The notes: a model not told the origin generated them from the sequence alone. A stretch of DNA of 64,000 bases from Salinivirgaceae bacterium (GCA_041664345.1 JBAYKX010000012.1:4781-68780); one strand, 5' to 3'. Counted from the stretch's first letter, positions 10,100 to 19,945 are shown. Program-made: numbers and translations.

Positions 10100-10501
10100 T
10101 TACTTAAAGATGTTGATGGTGGGAATAACTACAACCTGCCCTTTATCGGCAACGGAGACTTTAACAATCACCGGTACTCGCCCCGAAGGTGCCGTTAGGG
10201 TACTGTCTTTTGAATACACAAAAACGGTATAATCTCCTTCCTGCAGGTATTCAAACATAAATGCCCCATTGTAAGTAGTTTCTGTCTTATCGCTGTGTAT
10301 GGAATCGGTTCCGTACACTAAATAAACATCTTCTTCTTCAGCCCAAAAAGTGTTAATTAATCGCGAAAAATCGGCATTATAATCTTTCACCCAAACGTTA
10401 CCTATTATTTTTGCAGTACCACCAGGACCTTCTTCTTTCTCGCAGGAAACAAAAACTAAAAGGAGGACTAAATTTAAAAGGGAAAAAAGGAGTTTTTTCA
10501 T
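10100..10501 (-). CDS. small lipoprotein, first gene of the VTC operon
   Basis: ATG at 10501 gives MKKLLFSLLNLVLLLVFVSC lipobox. Beta-sandwich-like sequence. Stop is 2 nt from the VTC gene start. Confidence 0.55.
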   Translation of the reverse strand: MKKLLFSLLNLVLLLVFVSCEKEEGPGGTAKIIGNVWVKDYNADFSRLINTFWAEEEDVYLVYGTDSIHSDKTETTYNGAFMFEYLQEGDYTVFVYSKDSTLTAPSGRVPVIVKVSVADKGQVVVIPTINIFK

Positions 10502-10790
10502 TTGTATTATAAGTTTAAAAATGAATTGCAGATACATTTATCAAGAGATACAAATGTAAAGGAAGTGTTTTATTAACACATTACAAAATTGTAACAGTTA
10601 TAGCACCGTAAATATTCTATAGCTTTAAAAAACAGGTAATCATTTTTCAGTTAGTGTGCCGGATTTCAATTTGGTGTTTATCTTTGCAACAAGATAAGAA
10701 GAATAAAAACCAAGATTATTGAAGAGCAAGAAGAATGGCTCATTAATGAAATTAGAAAACAATTTTAAAGACATCGAAAAGGTTACTACG

Positions 10791-11633
10791 ATGAAAAAAA
10801 CAGGAAACAAGGTATTAATTGCCACCCTTTTGCTCATTTCTTTTGCAGGAAAACCCATTGATGACAATGGAAATAATCACTATGTGTTGATTGAAACCGG
10901 TTATGGAACCATGAAAGTAAAGCTCTATAATGAGACGCCATTGCACCGCGACAATTTTGTAGCATTGGTTGAGAAAGGTTTTTACGATAGTTTGCTTTTT
11001 CATCGGGTTATTAGCAATTTTATGGTGCAAGGGGGAGATCCGGAATCAAAGAATGCGCCAGCCGGAAAGCAATTGGGAAACGGTGGTCCCGGATATGAAA
11101 TTGATGCCGAGTTTATTCCAACACTGATACATAAAAAGGGAGTTATAGCCGCTGCACGAGAAAGCGATCAGGTGAATCCACAAAAAAAATCATCGGGGAG
11201 CCAGTTTTATATTGTACAAGGCCAAGTTTTTAATTTAGAGCAACTGAAGCAAATGGAGGAAAAAGTCAACTTCCCAAAACGGAAGCAATTGGTTTTTGAT
11301 TACATTTTAAAGCCGGAAAACAAGGCGTTGAAACAAAAGTTGGATTCATTACAAAAAGCCAACGACTTTGCATCATTAAATGCTGCGTATAGCGAAGTTG
11401 CCCTAAAATTGGAACCCGAATATCAAAAACTCGAACTTTTTCATTACACCGAGGAACAGAAAATAGCCTATTCAACCATTGGAGGAACCCCACACCTTGA
11501 TCAAAACTACACCGTTTTTGGAGAGGTGATTGATGGATTGTCGGTTATTGACAGTATTGCCCTAGTTAAAACAGATTCAAATAACCGCCCGTTAAAAGAT
11601 GTGATTATGAAAATGAGGGTGGTGGAAGAATAG
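10791..11633 (+). CDS. cyclophilin-type peptidyl-prolyl cis-trans isomerase (secreted, with insertion)
   Basis: FHRVISNFMVQGGDP and SGSQFYIV cyclophilin motifs. Signal peptide from the ATG at 10791. Confidence 0.9.
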   Translation: MKKTGNKVLIATLLLISFAGKPIDDNGNNHYVLIETGYGTMKVKLYNETPLHRDNFVALVEKGFYDSLLFHRVISNFMVQGGDPESKNAPAGKQLGNGGPGYEIDAEFIPTLIHKKGVIAAARESDQVNPQKKSSGSQFYIVQGQVFNLEQLKQMEEKVNFPKRKQLVFDYILKPENKALKQKLDSLQKANDFASLNAAYSEVALKLEPEYQKLELFHYTEEQKIAYSTIGGTPHLDQNYTVFGEVIDGLSVIDSIALVKTDSNNRPLKDVIMKMRVVEE

Positions 11634-11695
11634 ATGGTTATTAGTTTGTGTCAAGAAGAAAACTCAAAAAATCAATACTCAAAAAACAATCATAA

Positions 11696-11736
11696 TGTCT
11701 TACAATTTTAAAATTTGAATTTTAAATTGTAAGACA
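11696..11736. terminator. long AT-rich hairpin between convergent PPIase and DUF77 genes
   Basis: tgtcttacaattttaaaat / attttaaattgtaagaca, about 18-bp arms with one bulge. No clean T-run on the + strand, so a terminator role is tentative. Confidence 0.3.
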
Positions 11737-11935
11737 GCTGCCTTAAGATGCGGGCTTTAGCCAAAACATATAAAATGAGGAAATTTATCCCCATTTAGGT
11801 ATAACTTGCTATATTTAGCTAAATTTGGCAAGTGTAGTTGCCGAAATTGCATTTTTATTCCAACATTCCAAATGGTTTTAAGTACGATTAACCATTTTAT
11901 AAGTGCCGAATATTCTATATCGAACTCAGGTTAAA

Positions 11936-12235
11936 TTAAATCAATTTCCCGGTAACGGCACGTACTTTTTCTTCCAACATATTTTGGGCTCCCTTTTTAA
12001 TGTCGAGCTTTATAGTGCAATAGATTCGGGAACTTTCGGTTTGCAAAAGGGTGGCGGCATCATCTACAATTTTGAGAGCTTCGGTAACAGTGGGGGTTTC
12101 AACCAAAGTTCCCATTGCCGTTAATTGATAGGGAAATTCACTCTCCTTTATTTGACGAACCACCTTACTTACATCGTCACTTACATGAACCCCTTTATCG
12201 GTTGGGAAAATGGCAAATTCCATTAATACTGACAT
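11936..12235 (-). CDS. MTH1187/YkoF-family (DUF77, UPF0045) thiamine-binding-like protein
   Basis: About 99 aa from the ATG at 12235. MEFAIFPTDKG.HVS..V..V...I..S...Y.LT.MGT..E pattern typical of the family. Confidence 0.7.
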   Translation of the reverse strand: MSVLMEFAIFPTDKGVHVSDDVSKVVRQIKESEFPYQLTAMGTLVETPTVTEALKIVDDAATLLQTESSRIYCTIKLDIKKGAQNMLEEKVRAVTGKLI

Positions 12236-12292
12236 AGTTATACTATTTTTACAATCGTTGAAAAATCGTATCACAGATTTTCCAGAAATTTT

Positions 12293-14206
12293 TTATTGAG
12301 ACGGTTTTTTCTTATCTTTTTTACTTTTCAGCAAATGCGGGGGGGTTACTGGGAATAATTCCCAATCATATTCCATATCCCAATTACTTTTCGTTTCCAC
12401 TTCCTGAGGAAAGTAAAAAACGGGTTCCGGTTGTAACTGTGTCTTTAGGTTTCCGGTATCCCATTTTCCATTGCTATTCCAATCGTAAAAGAGTTTAAAA
12501 ATGTATTTTTTAGGCACCAAATAATTGTAAACAAGGGTTGTATCGCCAGTAATACTGCGCTCTTCTAAAACGTTCTCTTTTTCATCCATAAGTTGTATTC
12601 GCGATTGCGCCAACACATCTTTAACGTGCAATGTAATGATGCTGTAATAATCCAATGCTCTAGTGCTAAAGGCGTATTTTAGTGTATCATTGCTGTTTCC
12701 ATAAATGTCAGTAAAAACGCCGGACGGTATTAGCAACTCATATTTTGCTTCTTCGTCCTTTTTAAATTGAATCACGCATTTTCTTAACATCAACGTATCT
12801 TGAAGGAAGGTTACTTTAACCGGTTTTTTTATGGTGTCGTCCACAATAGTAATCAGCTTAATTCTTGAATCGTTGATTGATAACAAAGGATAACGAACCA
12901 CAAGTTCAATTGAACTGTTCAATTCAAAGGGAGATTTGGCATTGGTTATAAAAGTAAGCTCTGATGGTTTGGGTCCCGAGTCAATCTTTTGCTCTTTTTC
13001 TTTGCCCCCAAAAAGATTCATGTTAAATAGCGACCCTTTGTTTTTCTCTTCTTTTGGTGCTTCTATTTCAGGTTTAATAGTTTGAAAATAGGCCAGTAAG
13101 GTATCCGTTTTCAGATAATCAACCCGATTTGAATCCTTTGCGGTAAAGTTAACTTGAAATTTTAAGCTATCCTTATTATAAAGCAATGAGTCAGTTAACC
13201 AATAGATAAAAGAATCCCGACGCTGTGTTTTTTCCTCAACGAACCAGTTATTTGAAAAAGTATTAACCGACAAAGGAGTTATAAAAAAATTGGAATCAAC
13301 GTTCCTATTAAAGGCAATAATTACCTGTTGCCTTTCGGGGCGGTATATTTCTTTTAAATATTGAAGCGTATAATCTTCAGTAAATAAAAATAAGCGGATA
13401 TTGTCAATTGTTGTTACCATTTCAGTTCTAATTGCCACAGAATCAACCATAACAGTATCTTTCCGGTCGGGTGATATGGAATCAATTATCTGAATGGTAT
13501 CTATAAAGGTTTGTTCTTTAAAGGTTGGCTGAAATAAGGAATCGGAAAAAGCAATGGCCTCATTTGGCAGGTCAAACTTCAGGTTGTTGTTTAAATCTTT
13601 TAATGCAAAAATTTGATAAGGTTTGTTTTTTAGATTCGTTACAAAAAAGTGACCCGATTCATCGGTTTTTGCAATAATATCGGGGAGGGTTGTACGGGGG
13701 GTAGAGTCGCAAAACTGTTCATAAAGTATGGCATAAGTACCAACTTCTGTTTTATAGTTAAAAGCATCTTGCACCGTTCCGCCCATATAAAGGGAATCAA
13801 ACACATCTCCCGTTGATAATTCAAATTGAAAATTGGGGAGGGGATTGTTTTCGTTTAAATCGACAATAGCATTATAAAAATTGAAATTATAGGTAGTGCT
13901 GTCTTTAAGTTGGTTGTTTATTTTTATTATCAGGTTTTTACCCTTTTGTTTTACAATGGGCTTTTCGGGCAATGGTGGCGACACCATCAATTCCTGACGG
14001 ACATTTTTAAGGCTAACGAATTCATTGAACTGAATAATGATTTTTTCTCCCTTGAATTGGGTTGAGTAATTGAGGGGTTTGCTTTTTACGGGAATTGGAG
14101 GATCTACGTCTTTTGGGCCTCCCGATGGTGAGGACATTCGTGCACAAGAATTTGTGAGCATTAAATAGCAGCACAAACCGATTAGGTAGAGGATAAAACG
14201 CATCAT
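12293..14206 (-). CDS. Ig-like (SbsA/Big_5-type) domain lipoprotein
   Basis: Lipobox LTNSC. N-terminal PSGGPKDVDPPIPV...KGEKIIIQFNEFV segment resembles the SbsA-Ig domain common in Bacteroidota lipoproteins. Rest unknown. Confidence 0.55.
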   Translation of the reverse strand: MMRFILYLIGLCCYLMLTNSCARMSSPSGGPKDVDPPIPVKSKPLNYSTQFKGEKIIIQFNEFVSLKNVRQELMVSPPLPEKPIVKQKGKNLIIKINNQLKDSTTYNFNFYNAIVDLNENNPLPNFQFELSTGDVFDSLYMGGTVQDAFNYKTEVGTYAILYEQFCDSTPRTTLPDIIAKTDESGHFFVTNLKNKPYQIFALKDLNNNLKFDLPNEAIAFSDSLFQPTFKEQTFIDTIQIIDSISPDRKDTVMVDSVAIRTEMVTTIDNIRLFLFTEDYTLQYLKEIYRPERQQVIIAFNRNVDSNFFITPLSVNTFSNNWFVEEKTQRRDSFIYWLTDSLLYNKDSLKFQVNFTAKDSNRVDYLKTDTLLAYFQTIKPEIEAPKEEKNKGSLFNMNLFGGKEKEQKIDSGPKPSELTFITNAKSPFELNSSIELVVRYPLLSINDSRIKLITIVDDTIKKPVKVTFLQDTLMLRKCVIQFKKDEEAKYELLIPSGVFTDIYGNSNDTLKYAFSTRALDYYSIITLHVKDVLAQSRIQLMDEKENVLEERSITGDTTLVYNYLVPKKYIFKLFYDWNSNGKWDTGNLKTQLQPEPVFYFPQEVETKSNWDMEYDWELFPVTPPHLLKSKKDKKKPSQ

Positions 14207-14301
14207 TCAGCAACTCTATTTGGTTAGGAAACAAACGGGTAAAAAAAAAGATATGCCCGGAAAAATTCTTTACTTTACTTAATGCAAACTTACAAAGAAA
14301 T

Positions 14302-15954
14302 ATGAATAATTTTCAAAAGTTCTCTGCTATCAAACGACATGCCTTACTTGAAGAAATTGGAAATGATTTTTTTGAGGTGGTTATATTTGGTGGAGGTATA
14401 ACCGGTGCCGGCATTGCTCTCGATGCTGCATCGAGAGGGCTGAAAGTGGCATTGATAGAGCAAAACGATTTTGCCTCAGGAACCAGCAGCCGCTCCACAA
14501 AATTAGTTCATGGCGGGTTGAGGTATCTCGAAAAATTGCAATTCCGTTTTGTGGCTCAACTTGGAAAAGAGCGTAAAGTATTGCACCACAACGCCACCCA
14601 CAATGTAATTCCAACCCCTGTTTTTCTTCCAATATTTGAAGGAGGGCAATTAAAAAAAGGATTGTCTTTTTTGGGACTTTTGGTTTACGATTATTTGGCA
14701 GGAGTTAAAAAAGAATACCGTACGCGCTGGATCACGAAAGAGCAGCTAATAAAAAAGTATCCACTAATTAACCATCAAGGACTCAAAGGAGCTTTTCTAT
14801 ATTATGAATACAAAACCAACGATGGCCGGTTGGTGATTGAAACCTTGAAAAAGGCATCCGATTTAGGTGCCCGGGTAATCAATTATTGCGAACTGCTTGA
14901 ATTACATAAACGGCACGATAGAATAGTTGATGCTCGGGTTGTTGATTTAATTTCTAATCAAGAGCATCTAATTAAAGGCTCTTTTTTTATCAATGCAACA
15001 GGGCCTTGGAGCGGCGAATTTATGAAGCAGTTTGATACGCCCATGCCAAAATCGTTGTATCCAACCAAAGGCATTCATGTTGTTTTTTCTAAGGAGCGAT
15101 TTCCCATCAATGAAGCGTTTTATTTTGACACCCACGACCAACGCATGATTTTTGCCATCCCACGGCAAGATTGTGTTTATGTGGGAACAACCTACACCCC
15201 ATACTCCGGCGATTTAAGAAACCCCCGGGTTGATAACACAGATATTGAATACCTTCTTTTGGCGGTAAACCAGAAATTCAATGGGTTGCATCTGACCAAG
15301 GCCGATGTAATTTCCTGTTGGGCCGGTATTCGTCCGTTAATTCAAGATCCGGGAAAAAAGCCCGATGAAATAAGCCGAAAAGAAGAACTGTTTGTTTCTC
15401 CGGCAGGTTTGATTACCATTACCGGCGGGAAACTTACCGGATTCAGGCTCATGGCAAAACAGGTAGTTGATCGGATTATGAAACAGATGCAGAAAACCTT
15501 TGTAAAATGTAAAACCGAAACCATTCGGGCCTCAGGTAGCGAATGGCTTATTCCTCCTGATATAAACAAATTGGTTGAATTAGCCGATCATCAGTTCGAT
15601 TTAGCCAAGCAAACGGGAATTACCCCCGAAGCGTTTAAAAAGTTCTTTTATCGCTATGGAACCAATATAGAAATACTTACTGAAAAAGCTTATGAATGGA
15701 AGGGGCAGGAGGGAAGCCCGGAGATGCTTTGGACAAAGGTGGAAGTTTGGTATTCCGTTAACCATGAAATGACAGCATCTCTTTCCGGATTTTTTATTTA
15801 TCGCACCGAGATGGTTCTTTTTGAACCGGAAAAAGTTCATCACCAATTGAACCGGGTTGCTCAATTAATGGCGGAACTATTAAGCTGGACGCCTCAAGAA
15901 AAGGCAAATCAACTGGTGCAGTTTAAAAAAAATTGGGAGGAATATCAGCCATGA
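14302..15954 (+). CDS. glpD: FAD-dependent glycerol-3-phosphate dehydrogenase/oxidase
   Basis: VVIFGGGITGAGIALDAASRGLKVALIEQNDFASGTSSRSTKLVHGGLRYL is the GlpD N-terminal FAD signature. 550 aa. Confidence 0.9.
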   Translation: MNNFQKFSAIKRHALLEEIGNDFFEVVIFGGGITGAGIALDAASRGLKVALIEQNDFASGTSSRSTKLVHGGLRYLEKLQFRFVAQLGKERKVLHHNATHNVIPTPVFLPIFEGGQLKKGLSFLGLLVYDYLAGVKKEYRTRWITKEQLIKKYPLINHQGLKGAFLYYEYKTNDGRLVIETLKKASDLGARVINYCELLELHKRHDRIVDARVVDLISNQEHLIKGSFFINATGPWSGEFMKQFDTPMPKSLYPTKGIHVVFSKERFPINEAFYFDTHDQRMIFAIPRQDCVYVGTTYTPYSGDLRNPRVDNTDIEYLLLAVNQKFNGLHLTKADVISCWAGIRPLIQDPGKKPDEISRKEELFVSPAGLITITGGKLTGFRLMAKQVVDRIMKQMQKTFVKCKTETIRASGSEWLIPPDINKLVELADHQFDLAKQTGITPEAFKKFFYRYGTNIEILTEKAYEWKGQEGSPEMLWTKVEVWYSVNHEMTASLSGFFIYRTEMVLFEPEKVHHQLNRVAQLMAELLSWTPQEKANQLVQFKKNWEEYQP

Positions 15955-16499
15955 GCAGCAATGAATTGACTCTTACCGGACTCAAATTAAACTTATGGGT
16001 GTTGTTTCTAGGCGCGCCTATGTGGTTATTGGTTAGCGGATTTTATGTTTATACGTTTGGAGGGTCGCATTATTGGAAGGAAGTAAGCCATTTGATGGAC
16101 GCCGCAATTATATTTATTTTAATTCTTGGTATTGTGATGCATGAATTGCTGCACGCCACAACCTGGATGATACTGAACCGAAAGGGATTTCGGAGCGTTT
16201 CATTTGGTTTTAACAGTTACTCATTTACCCCATACACCCATTTCAGACATCCAATGAAAGTTTGGAAATATGCTATCGGAGGAGCAATGCCCGGTTTACT
16301 GATGGGATTAATTCCATTGCTGCTGAGCTATTTCCTGAAATCGGCAATCTTAAATTTCATCGGGTTTCTATTTTTGTGGACAGCCGGTGGCGATATAGTT
16401 TCACTTTGGATGTTACGCAAGTTAAATGTAAACCAATTGGTGTTGGATCATCCGGACAAAATGGGGTGTATTGTGATAGAACCAGAAATAAAACCTTAA
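15951..16499 (+). CDS. DUF3267-like membrane protein (putative zincin)
   Basis: ATGA overlap with the glpD stop. Several TM helices. HELLHA (HExxH) motif at the membrane edge. Confidence 0.6.
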   Translation: MSSNELTLTGLKLNLWVLFLGAPMWLLVSGFYVYTFGGSHYWKEVSHLMDAAIIFILILGIVMHELLHATTWMILNRKGFRSVSFGFNSYSFTPYTHFRHPMKVWKYAIGGAMPGLLMGLIPLLLSYFLKSAILNFIGFLFLWTAGGDIVSLWMLRKLNVNQLVLDHPDKMGCIVIEPEIKP

Positions 16500-16575
16500 A
16501 ACGACTTAAAATTAAGGAAAAAAGTCTTTTGATTACAATCAGAAAAGTATTATTTTCGAAGATTAAAAATTAGTA

Positions 16576-17004
16576 ATGCCACAAAGTCACGAAGACAACA
16601 AGTTACACAAAGAAATGTTTTTACCTCTTTCTCCAGAGGAAGAAGCAATTGGACGAGTAATAGTGAATGCAGCTTATGTTGTTCACAAGACACTTGGTCC
16701 TGGTCTCTTGGAAAAAGTGTATGAAATATGTTTTTGTCACGAGTTAATGAAAAGAGGGCTTAGTTTTAAAAGGCAGGTTGATATTCCTATTGTTTACGAC
16801 AATTTAACTTTTAGCGAAGGATTAAGACTTGATGTTTTTGTTGAGGGCCTCGTTATTTGCGAGTTGAAAGCATTAGAAACGGTAAATCCCGTTTGGGAAG
16901 CACAATTACTTAGTCACCTTAAGTTGACAGGTAAAAGATTGGGGTATCTAATTAATTTTAATGTTCCTCTAATAAAAGATGGAATAAAGCGAAGGGTTAT
17001 TTAA
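16576..17004 (+). CDS. GxxExxY protein (PD-(D/E)XK nuclease superfamily)
   Basis: GLLEKVYE (GxxExxY) motif, LDVFVEG...ICELKA (D...E.K nuclease-like core), about 140 aa. Confidence 0.85.
   Translation: MPQSHEDNKLHKEMFLPLSPEEEAIGRVIVNAAYVVHKTLGPGLLEKVYEICFCHELMKRGLSFKRQVDIPIVYDNLTFSEGLRLDVFVEGLVICELKALETVNPVWEAQLLSHLKLTGKRLGYLINFNVPLIKDGIKRRVI
16578..16612. repeat. left arm of a 35-bp imperfect inverted repeat flanking the GxxExxY gene
   Basis: gccacaaagtcacgaagacaacaagttacacaaag versus the reverse complement of 17007..17041 (gccactaagtcacaaattcactaagttgcactaag). About 27/35 identical. Overlaps the start codon and first codons. Confidence 0.8.
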
Positions 17005-17006
17005 TT

Positions 17007-17041
17007 CTTAGTGCAACTTAGTGAATTTGTGACTTAGTGGC
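17007..17041. repeat. right arm of the 35-bp inverted repeat flanking the GxxExxY gene
   Basis: cttagtgcaacttagtgaatttgtgacttagtggc. Internally made of cttagtg-like words. Begins 3 nt after the stop codon. Confidence 0.8.
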
Positions 17042-17087
17042 AAATAGTTTTTGTAATACAGAAATATTAACAAACAATGTAGTTTAT

Positions 17088-18431
17088 ATGGGAGCTTTTC
17101 ATGCGTACGATATCCGCGGAATTTACAACCACGATTTTAACAAAGAAGATGTGTATAAAATAGGGTACTTTATTCCCCGATTACTTGCATCGGAAAAAGT
17201 ATTGGTAGGTCGCGATGTAAGGGTTTCGTCACCCGAAATTTATGAATATTTGTGTAATGGTATTACCGATGCCGGCGCCGATGTTTACAACTTAGGATTG
17301 GCTACCACACCCATGGTTTACTGGGCTACGGCAAAACTTGGGTTTACCGCTTCGGTACAGATTACCGCCTCACACAATTCAAAGGAATACAATGGGTTAA
17401 AAGTATCGCGCGAAAATGCCTTGCCCGTAGGGCTTGACACTGGATTGGGAACCATTCAGCATTGGATGGAAACCGAACCAATTGTTCCCGCGGCCACCAA
17501 AGGGAAAATAATTGATAAAGACATTAAAGCGGAATACCTTGAGTTTCAGCGAAATTATTTAGCCGACATTTCGAACCTTAAAATTGCTATAGATTGCTCC
17601 AATGGAATGGCCGCTTTATTAATTAAGGATTTGTTGGGCGACGCTCCAATATATATTTACGATGAGCTCGATGGAAGCTTTCCCAATCACGAACCCAATC
17701 CGTTGGTTGAGGAAAATGTGGCGGAGTTGAAAAAACAGGTCATCACAAATCAGTGCGACATCGGAGTCATATTTGATGGTGATGCCGACCGGGTTATGTT
17801 TGTAGATGAAAAGGGAAAATTCATATCCCCCGATTTGATAATTGGTTTGATGGCTCACTATTTTCTAGAAGAAAAAGGGCTGAAAGGCAATGTATTGCAA
17901 GATATCCGTACTTCGAAAGCGGTAGCAGAATACATTTCAACGTATGGTTCCACCATGAACATGTGGCGTGTGGGCAGGGCTTTTGCGGCTATAAAACTGC
18001 GCGAGATTGACGGTATTTTTGGGGGAGAACTGGCCGGGCATTACTATTTCCGCGATTTTTATTATTCCGATTCGGGCATTATGGCTGCATTAATAGTGCT
18101 CGACATTGTGAGTAAAATGAAAACAAAAGGAAAAACCCTTTCGGAACTAATAAACGGCATTCGCAAATATGCCAACTCCGGCGAAATAAACTTCCGGATT
18201 GAAAAAAAACAGGAAGCCATGGATGCTGTGCGCACTTATTTTCTTACTAGCGAAACGCCTACTGCCAACTACGATTTTGATGGATACCGGGTGGAATTCC
18301 CTGAATGGTGGTTCAACATCCGCCCATCGAATACCGAGCCCTATTTGCGCTTGCTGGCCGAGGCCCGCACCGAAGGACTGTTAAACCAAAAACTTACAGC
18401 TATTAAAGAGATATTGAAAGGGTTTGAGTAG
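17088..18431 (+). CDS. phosphomannomutase/phosphoglucomutase (alpha-D-phosphohexomutase family)
   Basis: Active-site TASHNSKEYNGLK, metal-binding FDGDADR, GGELAGH sugar-binding loop. ATG at 17088 preferred; the track GTG at 17037 lies inside the repeat arm. Confidence 0.9.
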   Translation: MGAFHAYDIRGIYNHDFNKEDVYKIGYFIPRLLASEKVLVGRDVRVSSPEIYEYLCNGITDAGADVYNLGLATTPMVYWATAKLGFTASVQITASHNSKEYNGLKVSRENALPVGLDTGLGTIQHWMETEPIVPAATKGKIIDKDIKAEYLEFQRNYLADISNLKIAIDCSNGMAALLIKDLLGDAPIYIYDELDGSFPNHEPNPLVEENVAELKKQVITNQCDIGVIFDGDADRVMFVDEKGKFISPDLIIGLMAHYFLEEKGLKGNVLQDIRTSKAVAEYISTYGSTMNMWRVGRAFAAIKLREIDGIFGGELAGHYYFRDFYYSDSGIMAALIVLDIVSKMKTKGKTLSELINGIRKYANSGEINFRIEKKQEAMDAVRTYFLTSETPTANYDFDGYRVEFPEWWFNIRPSNTEPYLRLLAEARTEGLLNQKLTAIKEILKGFE

Positions 18432-18548
18432 GCAAAGCAGCTGTAAATCATGTACCCTTTAAGCTAAGTTGAGGTGCTTAAATTAATAAGGAGCGGAAAA
18501 GTTGCAAAACGGAAAACTCAATGATATATCAAAGGCAGGGTATTATAA

Positions 18549-19945
18549 TTAGTCTTTAGTTTTTAACTGTTGTATTTCGGATTCAGCAAACAACGCTTTC
18601 CACGAATTGTCGCTGGCATATTGTTCCCAAGAAACAAAACCCAGGGAAAGAGCTTTTTTAAAGTTTTCAACCATCAGCTTTTTATCCCCGGAAAGCAAAT
18701 AATACCGGGCGTACATCAGATAAACATCTGGGTTTGTGGCGTCAACTAACGCATAAATTTGGATTTTTTTAAAAGCATCGTCTAGTTTACCATCGTCCAA
18801 ATCGTTTTTAGTAAACATAAACGAAACCATACTTAAATAGTTTAATAAACGCCGACCAATTAAAGCCACCTCTTTATCTGAATTTGATGTAGTTTCATTG
18901 AAACGGGTTACTTCAGCCCGCCACCATTCCAAGTCGCGCAATTCAATGGCTTTTATAAATTCCGATCGCAGGGCAATTTCCTTTTGAAGTAATGCCTGCC
19001 GCTTAGTTACCTGTTTTATGAATTGAGGATTTTGTTCCAATGTAGCTTGTTGTATTTTTATGTCCGAAATGTTTCGGATGCCATTAAACCAACGCTCAGT
19101 TTGGCGCAAAGTCAGCAATTCAGCAATATAATTCTGTTTTTTTTCACTGTCATTGATACTATCCTGCATTTGATTCCAAAGGGTATTCATCCATTTTTCG
19201 TTTTTAGGAGTACGGTTGGTTTTCATGCAGAAAAGTTCCAAACCGGAAAAAGCCAAATTAAATTCAGCCACAGGAGGCCATTCGTGTTTTCCGGCAAAAG
19301 TGATGGCGGTATAGTCAATTCCTTTTTGATCGAACGCCGAAAAGGACTGCTGAGCTTCCAGATAATTGAAGTCGGCTAGGCCAACCATGCCCACATAATA
19401 AAACCGGGTCAATTCATCCCCATTAAATGGGATGCTGCCTCCGCAAGCAATTACACCGGCAATTTGTGGAAGCTGCTGAGCAAAAATAATAGCCAGTTTG
19501 GCTCCACCGCTAAAACCGGAGGTAAATATCCGTTTGTTATCAATTAAAAACCTCGATTGGGTTTCATTAAGCAATTGTTGAAAAACAGAAAAGGCATACG
19601 ATCCCGACAACCCATTTTTAATATTGTTGCTACCAACTAGGATGTAACCATAGTTGTTAGCCAGCGATTGGTAGTTTTTCAAGGGCAGACTTCCATCGCC
19701 ATGCGGATCGAAAAAAAAGAGTACCGGCAGACGGTCTTTTCCATTATAGGAATTGGCAAATAAAAAGAGTAGTGGAGCAATGAGTCCGTTGGGCTTTGCT
19801 GGTGATAATAAACCGTTTGTTTTTCGACAGTTTTGCCATATAAATCTAACAATGGCTTCTCTTTTGGGGCGCATGAAACAGCAAACACAAAAACAAGTAA
19901 CAAAACATAATTTTGTTTAATGCGAAGGATGATTTTTTTATTCAT
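18549..19945 (-). pseudogene. alpha/beta hydrolase (esterase-like) plus C-terminal helical-repeat domain; signal peptide is in a different frame
   Basis: GFSGGA nucleophile-elbow motif (GxSxG) and LPVLFFFDPHGDG in ORF 18549..19874. A lipoprotein signal peptide MNKKIILRIKQNYVLLLVFVFAVSC (ATG 19945) sits in overlapping ORF 19679..20026. The frames join sensibly as ...HYSFYLP|NSYNGKDRLPVLFFF near 19765. Confidence 0.6.

Noticed and set aside
16262-16573. 103-aa + strand ORF overlapping the DUF3267 gene 3' end
   Set aside because: Out-of-frame overlap with a membrane protein ORF that has a coherent TM pattern. No motif.
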